A stretch of 64,000 nt of DNA from Clostridia bacterium (GCA_040767365.1 JAXGOR010000002.1:247150-311149); one strand, 5' to 3'. Counted from the stretch's first letter, positions 1 to 12,151 are shown. A program made the numbers and translations. Notes: generated by a model not told the origin, from the sequence alone.

Positions 1-593
1 AAAGACTGGTTGATCAGGGGGATGAGGGTCGTTGACAGGAGCATAAGGATATAGGCCAGGGAGGAGAGGAAGGCCGTGAGTTGACCGGAATTCCCCCCTC
101 CCGAACCCGCCTGTATCCTCACCGGCATGGTCTGGTCCAGGACCTCTGCCAGGCCCTGGGAGTCCAGGTCCCCCTCCTCTGACCTGAAGTTTTCCAGATA
201 ACGCAAGAAACTTTCCGCCGCCGAAACTGCCAAAAATCCGTCTGCCGATCTTTCATCGACCAGGACCCTGACGGAGGGATCCCCCTCCTTGAAGAGGAAG
301 ACGGCCTGGTAGGTCTGGTCGAAGATAGCCTCCCGCGCCTCTTCTTCCGGGAGGCTGACCCGGGAGACCCGGTGCCCTGCCCCTTCAAACCAGTCGGCCA
401 ACTGGCTCCCTCTGGCGTCACCGGGGGCCTGGGAAAAGGCCAGGTTGATCCTGGTCGCCTCAAAGAGGCTTGGATCCTCGGACTGGCTGCTCCCCCCGAT
501 GATGAGGGTGAGAAGGAGGAAAAGGGTCAGATAGGCCAGGACGATCAGTCCGTGTCTGCGCAGGACGGCCAGATAGGTTCGAAGAACAATCAT
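1..593 (-). CDS. ABC-2 type transporter permease, N-terminal part (3' end lies beyond window start)
   Basis: The minus-strand frame starts with ATG at 593-591 (MIVLRTYLAVLRRHGLIVLAYLTLFLLLTLIIGG...) and stays open to position 1. It has an N-terminal TM helix followed by a soluble loop, like the neighbouring permease. It is absent from the ORF track because no stop codon falls inside the window. Confidence 0.5.
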   Translation of the reverse strand, partial: MIVLRTYLAVLRRHGLIVLAYLTLFLLLTLIIGGSSQSEDPSLFEATRINLAFSQAPGDARGSQLADWFEGAGHRVSRVSLPEEEAREAIFDQTYQAVFLFKEGDPSVRVLVDERSADGFLAVSAAESFLRYLENFRSEEGDLDSQGLAEVLDQTMPVRIQAGSGGGNSGQLTAFLSSLAYILMLLSTTLIPLINQS

Positions 594-600
594 AACCGCC

Positions 601-1653
601 TCACAGACTCCGGTAGCTTGCCTTCCTGACCAGGGCAAAGGCCAGGCTGAACAGGAGGATGGAAGCTGCCAGGAGCAGGAGGACCCCTGTCAGGTATTCC
701 CTGGTCGAGCCCAGGGCATTCAGCCGGTAAAGCAGCCGGCTGATCAGGCTGACTGGATTGTAACGGTTCAGCCAGGGGGCCTGGCGGTCAAGAAAGAGAC
801 GGAGGTCATTGCCCATCATACCGCCAAAGGCTCCGAGCAGGAGGAGGACGGCAATGCCGACCACGGTCTTGCCCATGGAGGGCAATTTGTTCGAGGAGGC
901 GGCGAAGAGGCCCAGGCAGAGACCGAAGAGCCCCGCCAGGAAGAGGAGGAGGAGGGTCCTGGGCAGGTCGGTCAGCAGGTTGACTGACCAGGCATATTTC
1001 AGGTAGATGAGGAGGAGGGTCGATTCGAGGAAGGCCAGGATGGTATTGACCAGGGTTCCCGCCGTCAGATAGGACAGCTTGCTCAGGGGCGAGATGGCCA
1101 GGCGGGCCGCCAGGGGTGACAGGTTGGCCTGGACCCGCTCGATCATACCCAGTCCGGCAAAAAAGGAGTAGAGGGAGAACATGCCGACCGTGGCGCAGAG
1201 GATGGACTGGAGGAGGCCCGACTCCTGGTTGGCCAGGGTCACATGGGTCCCGCCGGGATCAGGAAACCTGCCCAGGCGGGCGGCCGCCTCCTGCCGCTTG
1301 ATCTCATTGCCGATCTCCTGGAGGATGGTCGCGTTCAGGCCCTCGCCCCGGACCAGGAGGCTGCCCTCCTTCAAAAATACCCCGTCCACGGCCTTGGCGC
1401 GGAGCGCCTGGCCGGCCTCAGGACCCTCCAGGACGGAGAGGTCGAGCTGGTCCAGGGACCGGAGGATCTCCACGTAGGGATGGCCGGTCTCCACGGCCGC
1501 CTTGACCGGCTCCATCCCGGTTCCGATCCCCCGGAAGGCCAGCATCATCATGGTGACCAGGAGGATGGGGTAGAGGAAGGCCCAGAAAAGCGAACTCTTG
1601 TCCTTGACCGTCAGCGTACCCAGAAGTTTTGCCTGCGCGAGGAACTGCTTCAT
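601..1653 (-). CDS. ABC-2 type transporter permease
   Basis: 350-aa ORF with an N-terminal TM helix, a large loop and a C-terminal bundle of hydrophobic helices. It starts 16 nt downstream of the ABC ATPase gene on the same strand. Confidence 0.7.
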   Translation of the reverse strand: MKQFLAQAKLLGTLTVKDKSSLFWAFLYPILLVTMMMLAFRGIGTGMEPVKAAVETGHPYVEILRSLDQLDLSVLEGPEAGQALRAKAVDGVFLKEGSLLVRGEGLNATILQEIGNEIKRQEAAARLGRFPDPGGTHVTLANQESGLLQSILCATVGMFSLYSFFAGLGMIERVQANLSPLAARLAISPLSKLSYLTAGTLVNTILAFLESTLLLIYLKYAWSVNLLTDLPRTLLLLFLAGLFGLCLGLFAASSNKLPSMGKTVVGIAVLLLLGAFGGMMGNDLRLFLDRQAPWLNRYNPVSLISRLLYRLNALGSTREYLTGVLLLLAASILLFSLAFALVRKASYRSL

Positions 1654-1669
1654 CCGGTCACCTGGCCCC

Positions 1670-2611
1670 TCATTCCCTCAGATCCTTGCCTGTCAGGGAA
1701 AGGAAGACCTGGTTCAGTGTCGGCAATTCACTGTACAGGGACAGATAGGCGACCTCACGCGCCCGGAGGGCTTCCAGGAGACCGGGCAGGTGCTGGCCCG
1801 GCGGCGACAGGCGGACGATGGCCTTCCCCTTGTTTCCCTGGGCATCAATGACACCGGGAAGACCCCGGATCATGGCGTAGAGATCATTTTCCACCTCCTC
1901 CCCGGTGAACTCGATATGGACCGACTCGGTCGGGTCGACCAGCTTGATCAATTCCTCCAGGCTGCCGGAGGCCCTGTTCCGCCCTTCATCCATGATGACA
2001 ATCCGGTCACAGAGGGCCTGGACCTCGTCAAGATAATGGCTTGTGTAGAGAACCGTCGTGCCCCTCTGATTGAGTTCACGGACGCCGTCCAGGACATACT
2101 GCCGACTCTGGGCGTCCAGGGCCACCGTGGGCTCATCCATGATCAGGAATTCAGGGCTGTGGGCCATGCCGCAGGCAATATTGAGCCGCCGCTTCAGGCC
2201 ACCTGAAAGTTTTTTCGCTGTAAATCTGCGGTATTTTTCAAGCCCGGTAAAGGCCAGAGCCTGATCGACCATGTTTTTATGCCTGACCTTATCCCCCTCG
2301 TAAAGGCCGGCAAAATAACGGACATTCTCCTGGACCGTCAACTCATCGAAAAAGGCCAGGTCGCTTGGGACCACCCCGATCCTGTTTCTCAGGGCGCGAT
2401 TGCCCCCTCCGGGCGGTTCCCCGAAGAGCTCAATCTCCCCCTCATCAAAGGTGAGCAGGCCCAGCAGGCAATTGATGGCTGTCGTTTTTCCCGATCCGTT
2501 GGGGCCGAGCAGGCCCATGATCTCGCCCTCCTGGACCTCAAGGTCAAAATGCCTGAGAGCGACAACTTCCTTGTAGCGCTTCACCACCTGCCGCATGACG
2601 CAGACCGCCAT
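1670..2611 (-). CDS. ABC transporter ATP-binding protein
   Basis: Walker A GPNGSGKTT, ABC signature LSGGLKRRL, Walker B FLIMDEPT, H-loop TSHYL. Confidence 0.9.
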   Translation of the reverse strand: MAVCVMRQVVKRYKEVVALRHFDLEVQEGEIMGLLGPNGSGKTTAINCLLGLLTFDEGEIELFGEPPGGGNRALRNRIGVVPSDLAFFDELTVQENVRYFAGLYEGDKVRHKNMVDQALAFTGLEKYRRFTAKKLSGGLKRRLNIACGMAHSPEFLIMDEPTVALDAQSRQYVLDGVRELNQRGTTVLYTSHYLDEVQALCDRIVIMDEGRNRASGSLEELIKLVDPTESVHIEFTGEEVENDLYAMIRGLPGVIDAQGNKGKAIVRLSPPGQHLPGLLEALRAREVAYLSLYSELPTLNQVFLSLTGKDLRE

Positions 2612-2678
2612 AAATCAGCCCCCCTCCACCTGATGTCCGGTCCGGCTGGCCCGGTCCCGCTGGACCCCGGCCAGGCCC

Positions 2679-3695
2679 CTACTCTTGGTCCAGGCAGGCC
2701 GGATCAGCCTCATCGCCGACTAGTGGTTCATTGTCCAGATCGGGCTGTTCCTCCACCTGCTCCGGATGGGGAAAGATCTCCTCCGGCCTTTCTTCGGCCA
2801 ATTCACAAAGCGGCATGGCCTCTTCTGTACAGCCTGTCCCCTTGTCGATTGACAGGACGGGCGGGTCCAGGTTATCTGTCTGGTCGGGATGTGGGTTCTT
2901 CTCTGGCGGCATGGTGTCCTCCTCCAGGTTTTCCAGCCCGGCCGTATAGGACCGTAGCTGATCAAAAAGGGATTGCCCCTCCATAACATAGGCAAGATAG
3001 CGGCTGTGCCGGCCCTCCAGATCCGCCTTCCGGGCCTCCAGCCGGTCCAGCTCCTCCTTGAAGGCCGCTTCCTCCTCCCGGCGCCTGGCCCGGTAAAGGA
3101 AGAGCTCCTCCTCAGCCGTTGTCTGGGCCTTGCGGATAATCTCCTCACGCTCAAGCCGGGCCTCCGAGACGATATCGTGGGCCCGCTGGAGCAGTTCCTG
3201 CCTGTGGTCCAGGTCCTGGAGACGGGCCCGGAGCGCCTGGTTCTCCTCCAGGAGGAGGTTCATGGACAGCTCAAGGGGATCATCAGCCCCCTCTTCCAGG
3301 GCCGGGTCCTCCAGCTGCTGGGACAGGACCTGATCAAGTTCCTCCGGCGGCTTTTCCTCCGCGGGTTCAGGCAGGCTTTCCTCCTCCCCGGGAGACGGTA
3401 GCTCTTCCAGGGGGGCGCCGATCAAGGCTCCCTCCCCCTCTGCCCACTCATCCAGCAGGCGCCTCAGGGCCTCAGGGTCCTCTGCCACCTCCAGGAGCTG
3501 GGTCTTCATGAGCTCAAGTTTTCGGTATTCCTCGGTAACCAGTTCTTCGCAGACATCGCGCGCTTTCACCAGTAAATCCTTGAATTTACTGTAGACATCA
3601 TTTTTATCGTATCCGAAGACGGCGGCCTTGATATCGAGTGTCTTGACAAAGGCGACCATCTCCCGGTCGAAACGGTATTTCACAATAGTCTCCAT
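2679..3695 (-). CDS. DivIVA-domain-like coiled-coil protein
   Basis: The N-terminal segment LDIKAAVFGYDKNDVYSKFKDLL resembles the DivIVA motif (F..GYD..V..F.D). The rest is E/L/R-rich, coiled-coil-like sequence with an acidic tail. Confidence 0.4.
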   Translation of the reverse strand: METIVKYRFDREMVAFVKTLDIKAAVFGYDKNDVYSKFKDLLVKARDVCEELVTEEYRKLELMKTQLLEVAEDPEALRRLLDEWAEGEGALIGAPLEELPSPGEEESLPEPAEEKPPEELDQVLSQQLEDPALEEGADDPLELSMNLLLEENQALRARLQDLDHRQELLQRAHDIVSEARLEREEIIRKAQTTAEEELFLYRARRREEEAAFKEELDRLEARKADLEGRHSRYLAYVMEGQSLFDQLRSYTAGLENLEEDTMPPEKNPHPDQTDNLDPPVLSIDKGTGCTEEAMPLCELAEERPEEIFPHPEQVEEQPDLDNEPLVGDEADPACLDQE

Positions 3696-3740
3696 AAGTT
3701 GCTCCTGTTTTTCCGCTCAAGGCTGGGCTGGATGTCGAAT

Positions 3741-6554
3741 CTATGATAACACGTCACCCTTGCTGTCAGCCGGCCGTCCCCGCCTGCGCCTGTGGAGGTA
3801 AAGGCCGGCCGTGATCAGGATTCCGCCCAGGCTGGCGGCCAGTCCCTGGCCGAAGCCGACCGGGACGAAACGGGCGGTGATCCGGTGGCTGCCCTGGCTG
3901 ACCGGCAGGAGGATGAAGCTCCCCCTGACTGTCTCCGCCTCTGTCCTGACACCGTCAACCGTGAAGGTCCAACCAGGATTCCCCGTTGTCGGCAGGAAGA
4001 GATAGCCGTCCCGGGGCGCCGTCAATTCCCCTGAAAAGGCGGTCGCTGAGAAATGGTCAAGCGCCAGCGGGTGGGCCGCCAGTTCCTGCCGGGCCGCCTG
4101 CCAGGCCGCCTGGTCCAGCCGGGCCACGCAGGCCCGGAAGGTCCCGTCCACCTCCTGCTCCGACACCAGGCTGACCCGGAAGTGGAGCTCAGTTCCGGCC
4201 TCGAGGAAACCCACATCCCCTATGCCGCGCTTGTTGCTGCCCAACTGGAAGAATTCCTGATCCCGGATGAAGCCATTGCTGTAGTTGATGCCCGCCGTCT
4301 CATCCTCCCAGAAAATATAGTAGCTGCCATCCTCCGGCACCTGGTAGACCAGGAAGGCCCACTCGCCGTTGCCGGCCTCTCGGTAGACCTGGAAGACAAA
4401 GGGGTCCCCATAGGCGTATTCGACATAGCAGCCCTCCATCTCCCAGGGCTGGAAGGCCTCCTTGACCAGGGCGCCGGAGAACCCGCTCAGGGCGGACAGG
4501 AGGCGGTTTTGAACGTCCGGCCCATCCTCCGGCATGATCTCATCGTTCAGGTAGGCGGCCTCCGGCGTCGCGAAGAAGCCGAAGGGGAGGGCCCCCTCAT
4601 TTTCCAGGAGCCGGGTCTCCTTGCCCCTGGCCACTTCCCGGCGTGTCCTGTCGTCGAAGATCCGCTCCTCATCGTGGATGAGATAGGAGATGGAGAGCAG
4701 GCTGTCCATGACCACCGTCGACTCCTTGTACTGGAAGCTGTTGACCCCGTTGGTCGGGTAGCCCAGATCGGCAAAGTAATCGATGGAGGCCTGGGGGAAG
4801 GGGGAGGCGAAAAGGGAGAGGCCATTCGTCCCGTAGAGGAAGGGATCATTGACGCAGGTACCGGGCAGGATCTCGGCCCGCCAAGGTTTCCCCCTGTTTT
4901 CCTGCCTCAGGGTCTTCGTGTACCCGTAAACCTCCGAGGCGCTGACATTGTCCGTGTAGTACTGGCGGTCGCCCAGGGGGGCGACCTGCTGGTAGAGGGC
5001 GGCCCCGGTGAAGGCGTGGAAGAGCAACTCCACCGCCAGGAAGAGGAAGAGGGCGTTATGCGCCTGCCGGTAGGCGATCTTCCTTCGCCTGCCCCAGACA
5101 TCGCCTTCGACAAGGGGCTTCCGACTCAGCCCGAGGAAGGGGATCATACGGGCCCGGGGGCTTATCTGATGCCGTCCTGTCAGGCTATAGGTCAGATCTT
5201 TCCGGGGGAAGGCGCCGGCCACCCGGTCAGCTGGGGGGGAGAGCCGGTGGAAGATCAGCAGATAGACGACAGAGAGGCAGACCGTGGTCAGGATGCGCCA
5301 GTGCGAGAGCGTTTCACCCTCCAGGGTCTGCTGCTCGATCAGGAGGAGGAGGAAGCTTCCGGCCGCCGTGATCAAGAGACCGGTCCGCCGTCGACCCAGG
5401 TCGTCACCCACTGCCTGATAGGCCATGGAGAGGGTCAGGGCGACAAAGACAAAGGCGTAGCGGTAGTCGAGCGAATTGGGATAGTGGGCCCCATGCCAGA
5501 GAAAGCTCAGGGTCCTTGACTGGAAGGAAAAAAGCAGGAAGCCCAGGAGGAGTCCGTAGGCGGCCCGGGTAGACAGGGGCCGGGACCGGTTGCCGAAAAA
5601 GGCTGGGATAAGGAGGAGGACAAAGAAGCCGGCGAAGATATTGGGCAGGCCGCTCATTATATGAGGGGGCCTGAGCGGGGTCAGCCGGCCCAGGGTGTCG
5701 ATCAGGGGCTGATTGAAGGTGAAGCCGGAGGGAAAGGCGTCACCCGCGGCTGAGGTGAGGCTGAGCGCCCGGACAGTGGGCCAGAGGACGAGCGCCGACA
5801 GGAGGGCCGACAGGAGGGAATAGGCGGCGAAGCGGCCCAGGGAGACCAGGGCCCCGAAGCGGACCTTGACCTTGGGGGGGAACTGGATCCGGACCAGGAA
5901 ATAGTAGAAGAAGAGGAAGACCGCGCCAAAGAAGGCGGTGTAGTAATTGGTCACCAGCATGAGGGTCAGGGCCAGGACATAGCGGCCGGGCCTTCTGTCC
6001 CGGACCAGCTCGACCAGGCCCAGGCAGGCCAGGGGGAAAAATACCAGGGTATCCAGCCACATGATATTCCAGCTGTAGGCATAGACCCAGGCGGAAAGGG
6101 CGTAGAATCCGGCAAAGAGGGAGGCGGTCGCGTCCCGCTTCCGGAAGGCGCCCGTCAGGAACTCCCGGAAGAAGAGGCTGGCGAAGCCGATCTTCAACAG
6201 GGTGATGAGGGAGACGGCCTCCGTCAGGAAGCGATCGGGGAAAAGCAGGGTCAGCAGGTTGAAGGGGCTGGCGGCATAGTAGGTCAGGATGCTGTAGTAA
6301 TCGACGCCCAAGCCACCGCTCCAGGAGAAGAAGAGGCTTTCACCGGAGAGGAGTTTCCGTTTCAATTCGCGCAAAAAGGGCGCGTATTGATGGTAGAGGT
6401 CATAGGCCAGGAGGTGCCTGTTGCCAAAGGGCCAGAGCCCATGGGCCACGAAACTGAAATAGAAGGCCAGGGCAGGCAGGACAAAGGCGATCAGGCGCTG
6501 GTATCTCTCCTCGCGCTCCCGTTTGCGCTCAAGCAGGGTCGGCATGGTCGACAA
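3741..6554 (-). CDS. YfhO-family polytopic membrane protein
   Basis: 937 aa. The N-terminus (PFGNRHLLAYDLYHQYAPF...) is followed by many TM helices, a large C-terminal extracytoplasmic domain and a final TM helix. This is the YfhO layout. Confidence 0.65.
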   Translation of the reverse strand: MSTMPTLLERKREREERYQRLIAFVLPALAFYFSFVAHGLWPFGNRHLLAYDLYHQYAPFLRELKRKLLSGESLFFSWSGGLGVDYYSILTYYAASPFNLLTLLFPDRFLTEAVSLITLLKIGFASLFFREFLTGAFRKRDATASLFAGFYALSAWVYAYSWNIMWLDTLVFFPLACLGLVELVRDRRPGRYVLALTLMLVTNYYTAFFGAVFLFFYYFLVRIQFPPKVKVRFGALVSLGRFAAYSLLSALLSALVLWPTVRALSLTSAAGDAFPSGFTFNQPLIDTLGRLTPLRPPHIMSGLPNIFAGFFVLLLIPAFFGNRSRPLSTRAAYGLLLGFLLFSFQSRTLSFLWHGAHYPNSLDYRYAFVFVALTLSMAYQAVGDDLGRRRTGLLITAAGSFLLLLIEQQTLEGETLSHWRILTTVCLSVVYLLIFHRLSPPADRVAGAFPRKDLTYSLTGRHQISPRARMIPFLGLSRKPLVEGDVWGRRRKIAYRQAHNALFLFLAVELLFHAFTGAALYQQVAPLGDRQYYTDNVSASEVYGYTKTLRQENRGKPWRAEILPGTCVNDPFLYGTNGLSLFASPFPQASIDYFADLGYPTNGVNSFQYKESTVVMDSLLSISYLIHDEERIFDDRTRREVARGKETRLLENEGALPFGFFATPEAAYLNDEIMPEDGPDVQNRLLSALSGFSGALVKEAFQPWEMEGCYVEYAYGDPFVFQVYREAGNGEWAFLVYQVPEDGSYYIFWEDETAGINYSNGFIRDQEFFQLGSNKRGIGDVGFLEAGTELHFRVSLVSEQEVDGTFRACVARLDQAAWQAARQELAAHPLALDHFSATAFSGELTAPRDGYLFLPTTGNPGWTFTVDGVRTEAETVRGSFILLPVSQGSHRITARFVPVGFGQGLAASLGGILITAGLYLHRRRRGRPADSKGDVLS

Positions 6555-6581
6555 ATTCCCCCTTCGAGGCGGTTGGACGCC

Positions 6582-7490
6582 CTAGGGGCGTGACCGCAAC
6601 AAGTGCTCGATCAGCCGTTCCCTTTCATCGGCTGAATGGTAGCGGATAACAATCTTGCCCGGGCCCTGCCCACCTTCCACCGTGACCCGGGCGCCGAGGG
6701 CCCGCCGGAGCTTGTCTTCCAGGTCACGGATGTGGAGCCGGGCCTTGTCCTGGACGGCCACTGGTTTTTTCCCCGGCCGGCCGCGGAGTTCCTTGATGTC
6801 CTTGACCAGCTTCTCCGTATCCCGGACCGACATCTCCTTGGCCAGTATCTCGGCAGCCGCGCGGCTTTGCTGGGTGGCATCGGTCAGGGCCAGGAGGGCG
6901 CGGGCGTGGCCCGGGGACAGTTGGCCCTTCCGGACCAGCTCCCGGATGCTTTCGGGAAGGTTCAGGAGGCGGAGGGTATTGGCGATGGCCGGCCGGCTCT
7001 TGCCGAGCGCGGCGGCCAGGTTTTCCTGGGTCAGGCCGTAGTCCTTGATCAGCTTGTCATAGGCCTCAGCCTCCTCCATGGCGTTCAGGTCCTGACGGAC
7101 CACATTGTCGATCAGGGCCTGGCGCTGAACCGCGTCCGCCGTCAGATGGCGGACAATCACCGGCAGGCTGTCCAGGCCGGCCAGCCGGGCCGCCCGCCAG
7201 CGCCTTTCACCGGCCACAATCGTATAATTGCCGGCCTGGCCGGAGGGTGTGACAATCAGGGGGGAGATGACGCCCTGGTCTCGGATGGAGACCGCCAGTT
7301 CCTCCAGGCCGTCCGGGTCGAAATCCTGCCTCGGCTGATCCCTGTTCGGTTCCAGCCGGTCAATATCGACCTCGGTGACCCCTGACAGTTCCGGGGCGTC
7401 CGCTTCCTGCCCCGCCTCGAACAGGGCACCCAGTCCGCGACCCAGACCCCGCCTGGACCTCGCCGGACCACTTGTTCTTTCCTCAGCCAT
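6582..7490 (-). CDS. parB: Chromosome partitioning protein ParB/Spo0J
   Basis: GLGRGLGALF N-terminal motif and ParB box IVAGERRWRAARLAG. It lies immediately downstream of parA. Confidence 0.9.
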   Translation of the reverse strand: MAEERTSGPARSRRGLGRGLGALFEAGQEADAPELSGVTEVDIDRLEPNRDQPRQDFDPDGLEELAVSIRDQGVISPLIVTPSGQAGNYTIVAGERRWRAARLAGLDSLPVIVRHLTADAVQRQALIDNVVRQDLNAMEEAEAYDKLIKDYGLTQENLAAALGKSRPAIANTLRLLNLPESIRELVRKGQLSPGHARALLALTDATQQSRAAAEILAKEMSVRDTEKLVKDIKELRGRPGKKPVAVQDKARLHIRDLEDKLRRALGARVTVEGGQGPGKIVIRYHSADERERLIEHLLRSRP

Positions 7491-7522
7491 GGGCTGTCCC
7501 TCCTATCGTCATCCGGCCGCCC

Positions 7523-8323
7523 TCAGAAGCGGCCGATCCTTCCACTGTCCCAAGCCTTGCTGGCCAGCCGCCTGGCCAGCTCATTGGCCAGCAGCTTGTA
7601 ACTGTTGGCGCCCCGGGACCGCCTATCGTATTCAAAGATAGTGTTGCCGAAACTCGGCGCTTCGCTGAGGCGGACATTCCGCGGGATCCCGGTCTCCAGG
7701 AAATCCTCCCGGAAGTACCAGGCCACCTCATCCCGGACCTGTTTGGAGAGCTGGGTCCGGGTATCGAACATGGTGATGAAGACACCGGCGAGACGGAGGG
7801 AGGGGTTATAGGCCTTCTTGACCAGCCCCAGGGTGGTCATAAGTTGCATGAGTCCCTCCAGGGCATAGTATTCCGCCTGCACCGGGATAAGGACGGCGTC
7901 AGCGGCGGTGAGCGCGTTTACAGTCAGGAGCCCCAGGGAGGGCGGGCAGTCGATCAGGAGATACTGGTAGTCGTCCTTGAGCGGCCGGAGGGCTTCCAAC
8001 AGCCGGCGTTCCCGTCCCTTCATATCGACCAGCTCGACCTCCGCGCCGGCCAGATTGATGTTGGAGGGCAGGAGGTCGAGATTCGGCCGGGCCTTGATCA
8101 GGCTGTCCCCGGCCTCCCCGGCCCTGCCGACAAGAAGGTCATAGGTAGAAAGCTTCAGGGATTTTTTGTCCACTCCCAGGCCTGAGGTCGAATTGCCCTG
8201 GGGGTCGGCGTCAACCAGGAGCACCATCTTCCCCTGGGCGGCCAGGGCGGCGGCCAGATTGACACAGCTGGTCGTCTTCCCGACGCCCCCCTTCTGGTTG
8301 GCGACAGCAATCACAATCCCCAT
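7523..8323 (-). CDS. parA: Chromosome partitioning ATPase ParA/Soj
   Basis: Deviant Walker A NQKGGVGKTT. 266 aa, the typical Soj size, and directly upstream of parB. Confidence 0.9.
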   Translation of the reverse strand: MGIVIAVANQKGGVGKTTSCVNLAAALAAQGKMVLLVDADPQGNSTSGLGVDKKSLKLSTYDLLVGRAGEAGDSLIKARPNLDLLPSNINLAGAEVELVDMKGRERRLLEALRPLKDDYQYLLIDCPPSLGLLTVNALTAADAVLIPVQAEYYALEGLMQLMTTLGLVKKAYNPSLRLAGVFITMFDTRTQLSKQVRDEVAWYFREDFLETGIPRNVRLSEAPSFGNTIFEYDRRSRGANSYKLLANELARRLASKAWDSGRIGRF

Positions 8324-8407
8324 AAAAACTCCTGCCTGATTCCGGTCATATGCCTCCTCCGGTCAGCCTCCCATTAACGCGTTAATTGTAACACGACCCC
8401 CCTCTTT

Positions 8408-10000
8408 TCATCCGAAGAGATTCTCGATATCCTCCGCCCGGGTCGCGAAGGAGGTCACGAAGCGGCAGACCTGACGACCGCTGTCCAGGGGGAGGACAGT
8501 TTCGAAGAGGGCCCGCTCTTCCAGGGCCTCCAGGAGCTCGCCTCCCAGGATGACAAAGAGCTGATTGGTCCGGGGTGGGGCATAGAAGGCCACGCCGCGC
8601 GCCCTGAAGGCATCCGCCAACTGTGAGGCCAGGGCATTTTGATGGCGGCCGATCTCAAGGTAGAGGTCCTGCCGGAACAAGGCGGCGAACTGGACGCCCA
8701 AAAGCCTCCCCTTGGCAAGCAGGCCCCCCCTCTGTTTGAGCAGGGTCCGGAAGTCCTTTTGGAGCTCCTGGTCCGTGACCACGATCGCCTCGCCGAACAT
8801 GGCGCCGCACTTGGTCCCCCCGATGGTGAAGGCCTGAGCCAGGCCGGCCAGATCGGCCAAGTCGAGATCCAGTTCCGGCAGGGCCAGGGCCGAGGCCAGC
8901 CGGGCCCCGTCTATGAATACCCGAAGCCCCCAGTGATCGGCCGTCCTCCGGATGGCCTCCAGGTCACTTCTCCGGTAGACGGTGCCAAGTTCCGTGGGCT
9001 GGGAGAGATAGACCAGACCCGGCTGGACCATGTGTTCCCGGGTGGCATCCTCCGCCAGTGACCGGCAATATTGATCGATGGAGGAGGCGGTCAGCAGACC
9101 GTCCTGGGAGGGGATGACCAGGACCTTATGGCCGGTCGCCTCGATGGCGCCGGCTTCATGGACATTGATATGGCCGGTTCCCGCCGAGATCACGCCCTGC
9201 CAGGGCTTCAAGGCCCCGGCCACAAGGACGAGATTGGCCTGGGTCCCCCCCGTGCAGAAATGGACCTGGGCCTCGGACGTCCCACAGGCCTCCCGGATCA
9301 GGGCCCGGGCCTCCTCCGTAAAGGGATCCCGGCCGTAACCGCTCACGGCCTGGTCATTGGTCCTGACCAGTTCATCCAGGACGAGGGGGTGGCAACCCGT
9401 GGTGTAATCGTTTTCAAAGTTGATTTTCGGACGGCTCATAGCATCAAAGGCCTCCTTCAGTAGATGGTATTCCAGGGTCGGCTGGGAGTCCGGTATGTCA
9501 CGCCGGCGCTGGAAACGACGGGAGAAGCGGAAGCCCGCCTTCTCCATGACCCGCCGGCTCTGCCGGTTGGCCTCCGTGCAGCAACAGACCAGGAGCCTGG
9601 CCTCCGTATAGTGGAAGAGGTAGGGGATCAGGGCCCGCACGGCCTCCAGCATGAGCCCCCTGCCCCAGTAGTCCTTGCTGAGCGCGTAGCCGACCTCCTT
9701 GGCGGGGAGGCCTCGGAGGGGGTCCGGCAAATGGTGGGGAACCCTGTGGATACCCAGGGACCCGATCACCTTCCGGTCGGCCTTGGAGACCAGGGCCAGG
9801 ACCTCCTCGCCCTCAATGAAATGGTTGAGGATCCGGTCCGTCTCCGCCAGGGATCTGTGATGATGCCAGCCGGCCATCTCGCCGACCCCGGGAACGCTCG
9901 CGTAGGCATGGAAGTCCTGGATATCCCCCCTCTTCCAGGGTCGGATCAAGAGCCTTTCCGTTTCAAGTTCGATATCCTGTACCGAAAAAGAGAAATCCAC
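8408..10000 (-). CDS. Fusion protein: N-terminal GNAT (RimJ/RimL-like) acetyltransferase + C-terminal threonine aldolase-like PLP enzyme
   Basis: Residues about 1-185 have a GNAT pattern (LLIRPW..., GYALSKDYWGRGL, MEKAGF). Residues about 195-530 resemble low-specificity threonine aldolase / beta-eliminating lyase (NFENDYTTGCHP, GYGRDPFT, GGTKCGAMFGEA). Confidence 0.6.
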   Translation of the reverse strand: MDFSFSVQDIELETERLLIRPWKRGDIQDFHAYASVPGVGEMAGWHHHRSLAETDRILNHFIEGEEVLALVSKADRKVIGSLGIHRVPHHLPDPLRGLPAKEVGYALSKDYWGRGLMLEAVRALIPYLFHYTEARLLVCCCTEANRQSRRVMEKAGFRFSRRFQRRRDIPDSQPTLEYHLLKEAFDAMSRPKINFENDYTTGCHPLVLDELVRTNDQAVSGYGRDPFTEEARALIREACGTSEAQVHFCTGGTQANLVLVAGALKPWQGVISAGTGHINVHEAGAIEATGHKVLVIPSQDGLLTASSIDQYCRSLAEDATREHMVQPGLVYLSQPTELGTVYRRSDLEAIRRTADHWGLRVFIDGARLASALALPELDLDLADLAGLAQAFTIGGTKCGAMFGEAIVVTDQELQKDFRTLLKQRGGLLAKGRLLGVQFAALFRQDLYLEIGRHQNALASQLADAFRARGVAFYAPPRTNQLFVILGGELLEALEERALFETVLPLDSGRQVCRFVTSFATRAEDIENLFG

Positions 10001-10023
10001 AGTCCCATCCCGGTTTTTGCCAA

Positions 10024-10039
10024 TGTTTCACGTGAAACA
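10024..10039. promoter_or_regulatory. parS centromere-like site
   Basis: Perfect 16-bp palindrome TGTTTCACGTGAAACA, which matches the Firmicutes parS consensus TGTTNCACGTGAAACA. It is intergenic, between the GNAT-aldolase start and the gyrB stop. Confidence 0.85.
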
Positions 10040-10048
10040 TGGCCTGGA

Positions 10049-11998
<1,950 letters not shown>

Positions 11999-12151
11999 TC
12001 ATAATCGGCCGTCAGCGCATGGACGTCCTCTGCCAGATTCACCAGTTCCTCGCCGTCCGCGCCCGCGTCTTCCCCGGCACGCCGGAGCAGTTCCCTCAAT
12101 TGGGGGTCCTGGTTTTCCGAACGATTGTTTGGTATGTTTTTATTATCTGAA

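Noticed and set aside
4053-5519. 488-aa plus-strand ORF inside the yfhO region.
   Set aside because: It is antisense to a recognisable 937-aa membrane protein gene. Its composition is dominated by G, P, R, E, L and A, as expected for a shadow ORF in GC-rich DNA, and it has no motifs.
8375-8392. Palindrome TTAACGCGTTAA upstream of parA, considered as a second parS or an operator.
   Set aside because: It does not match the parS consensus. It is a single occurrence with no supporting context.
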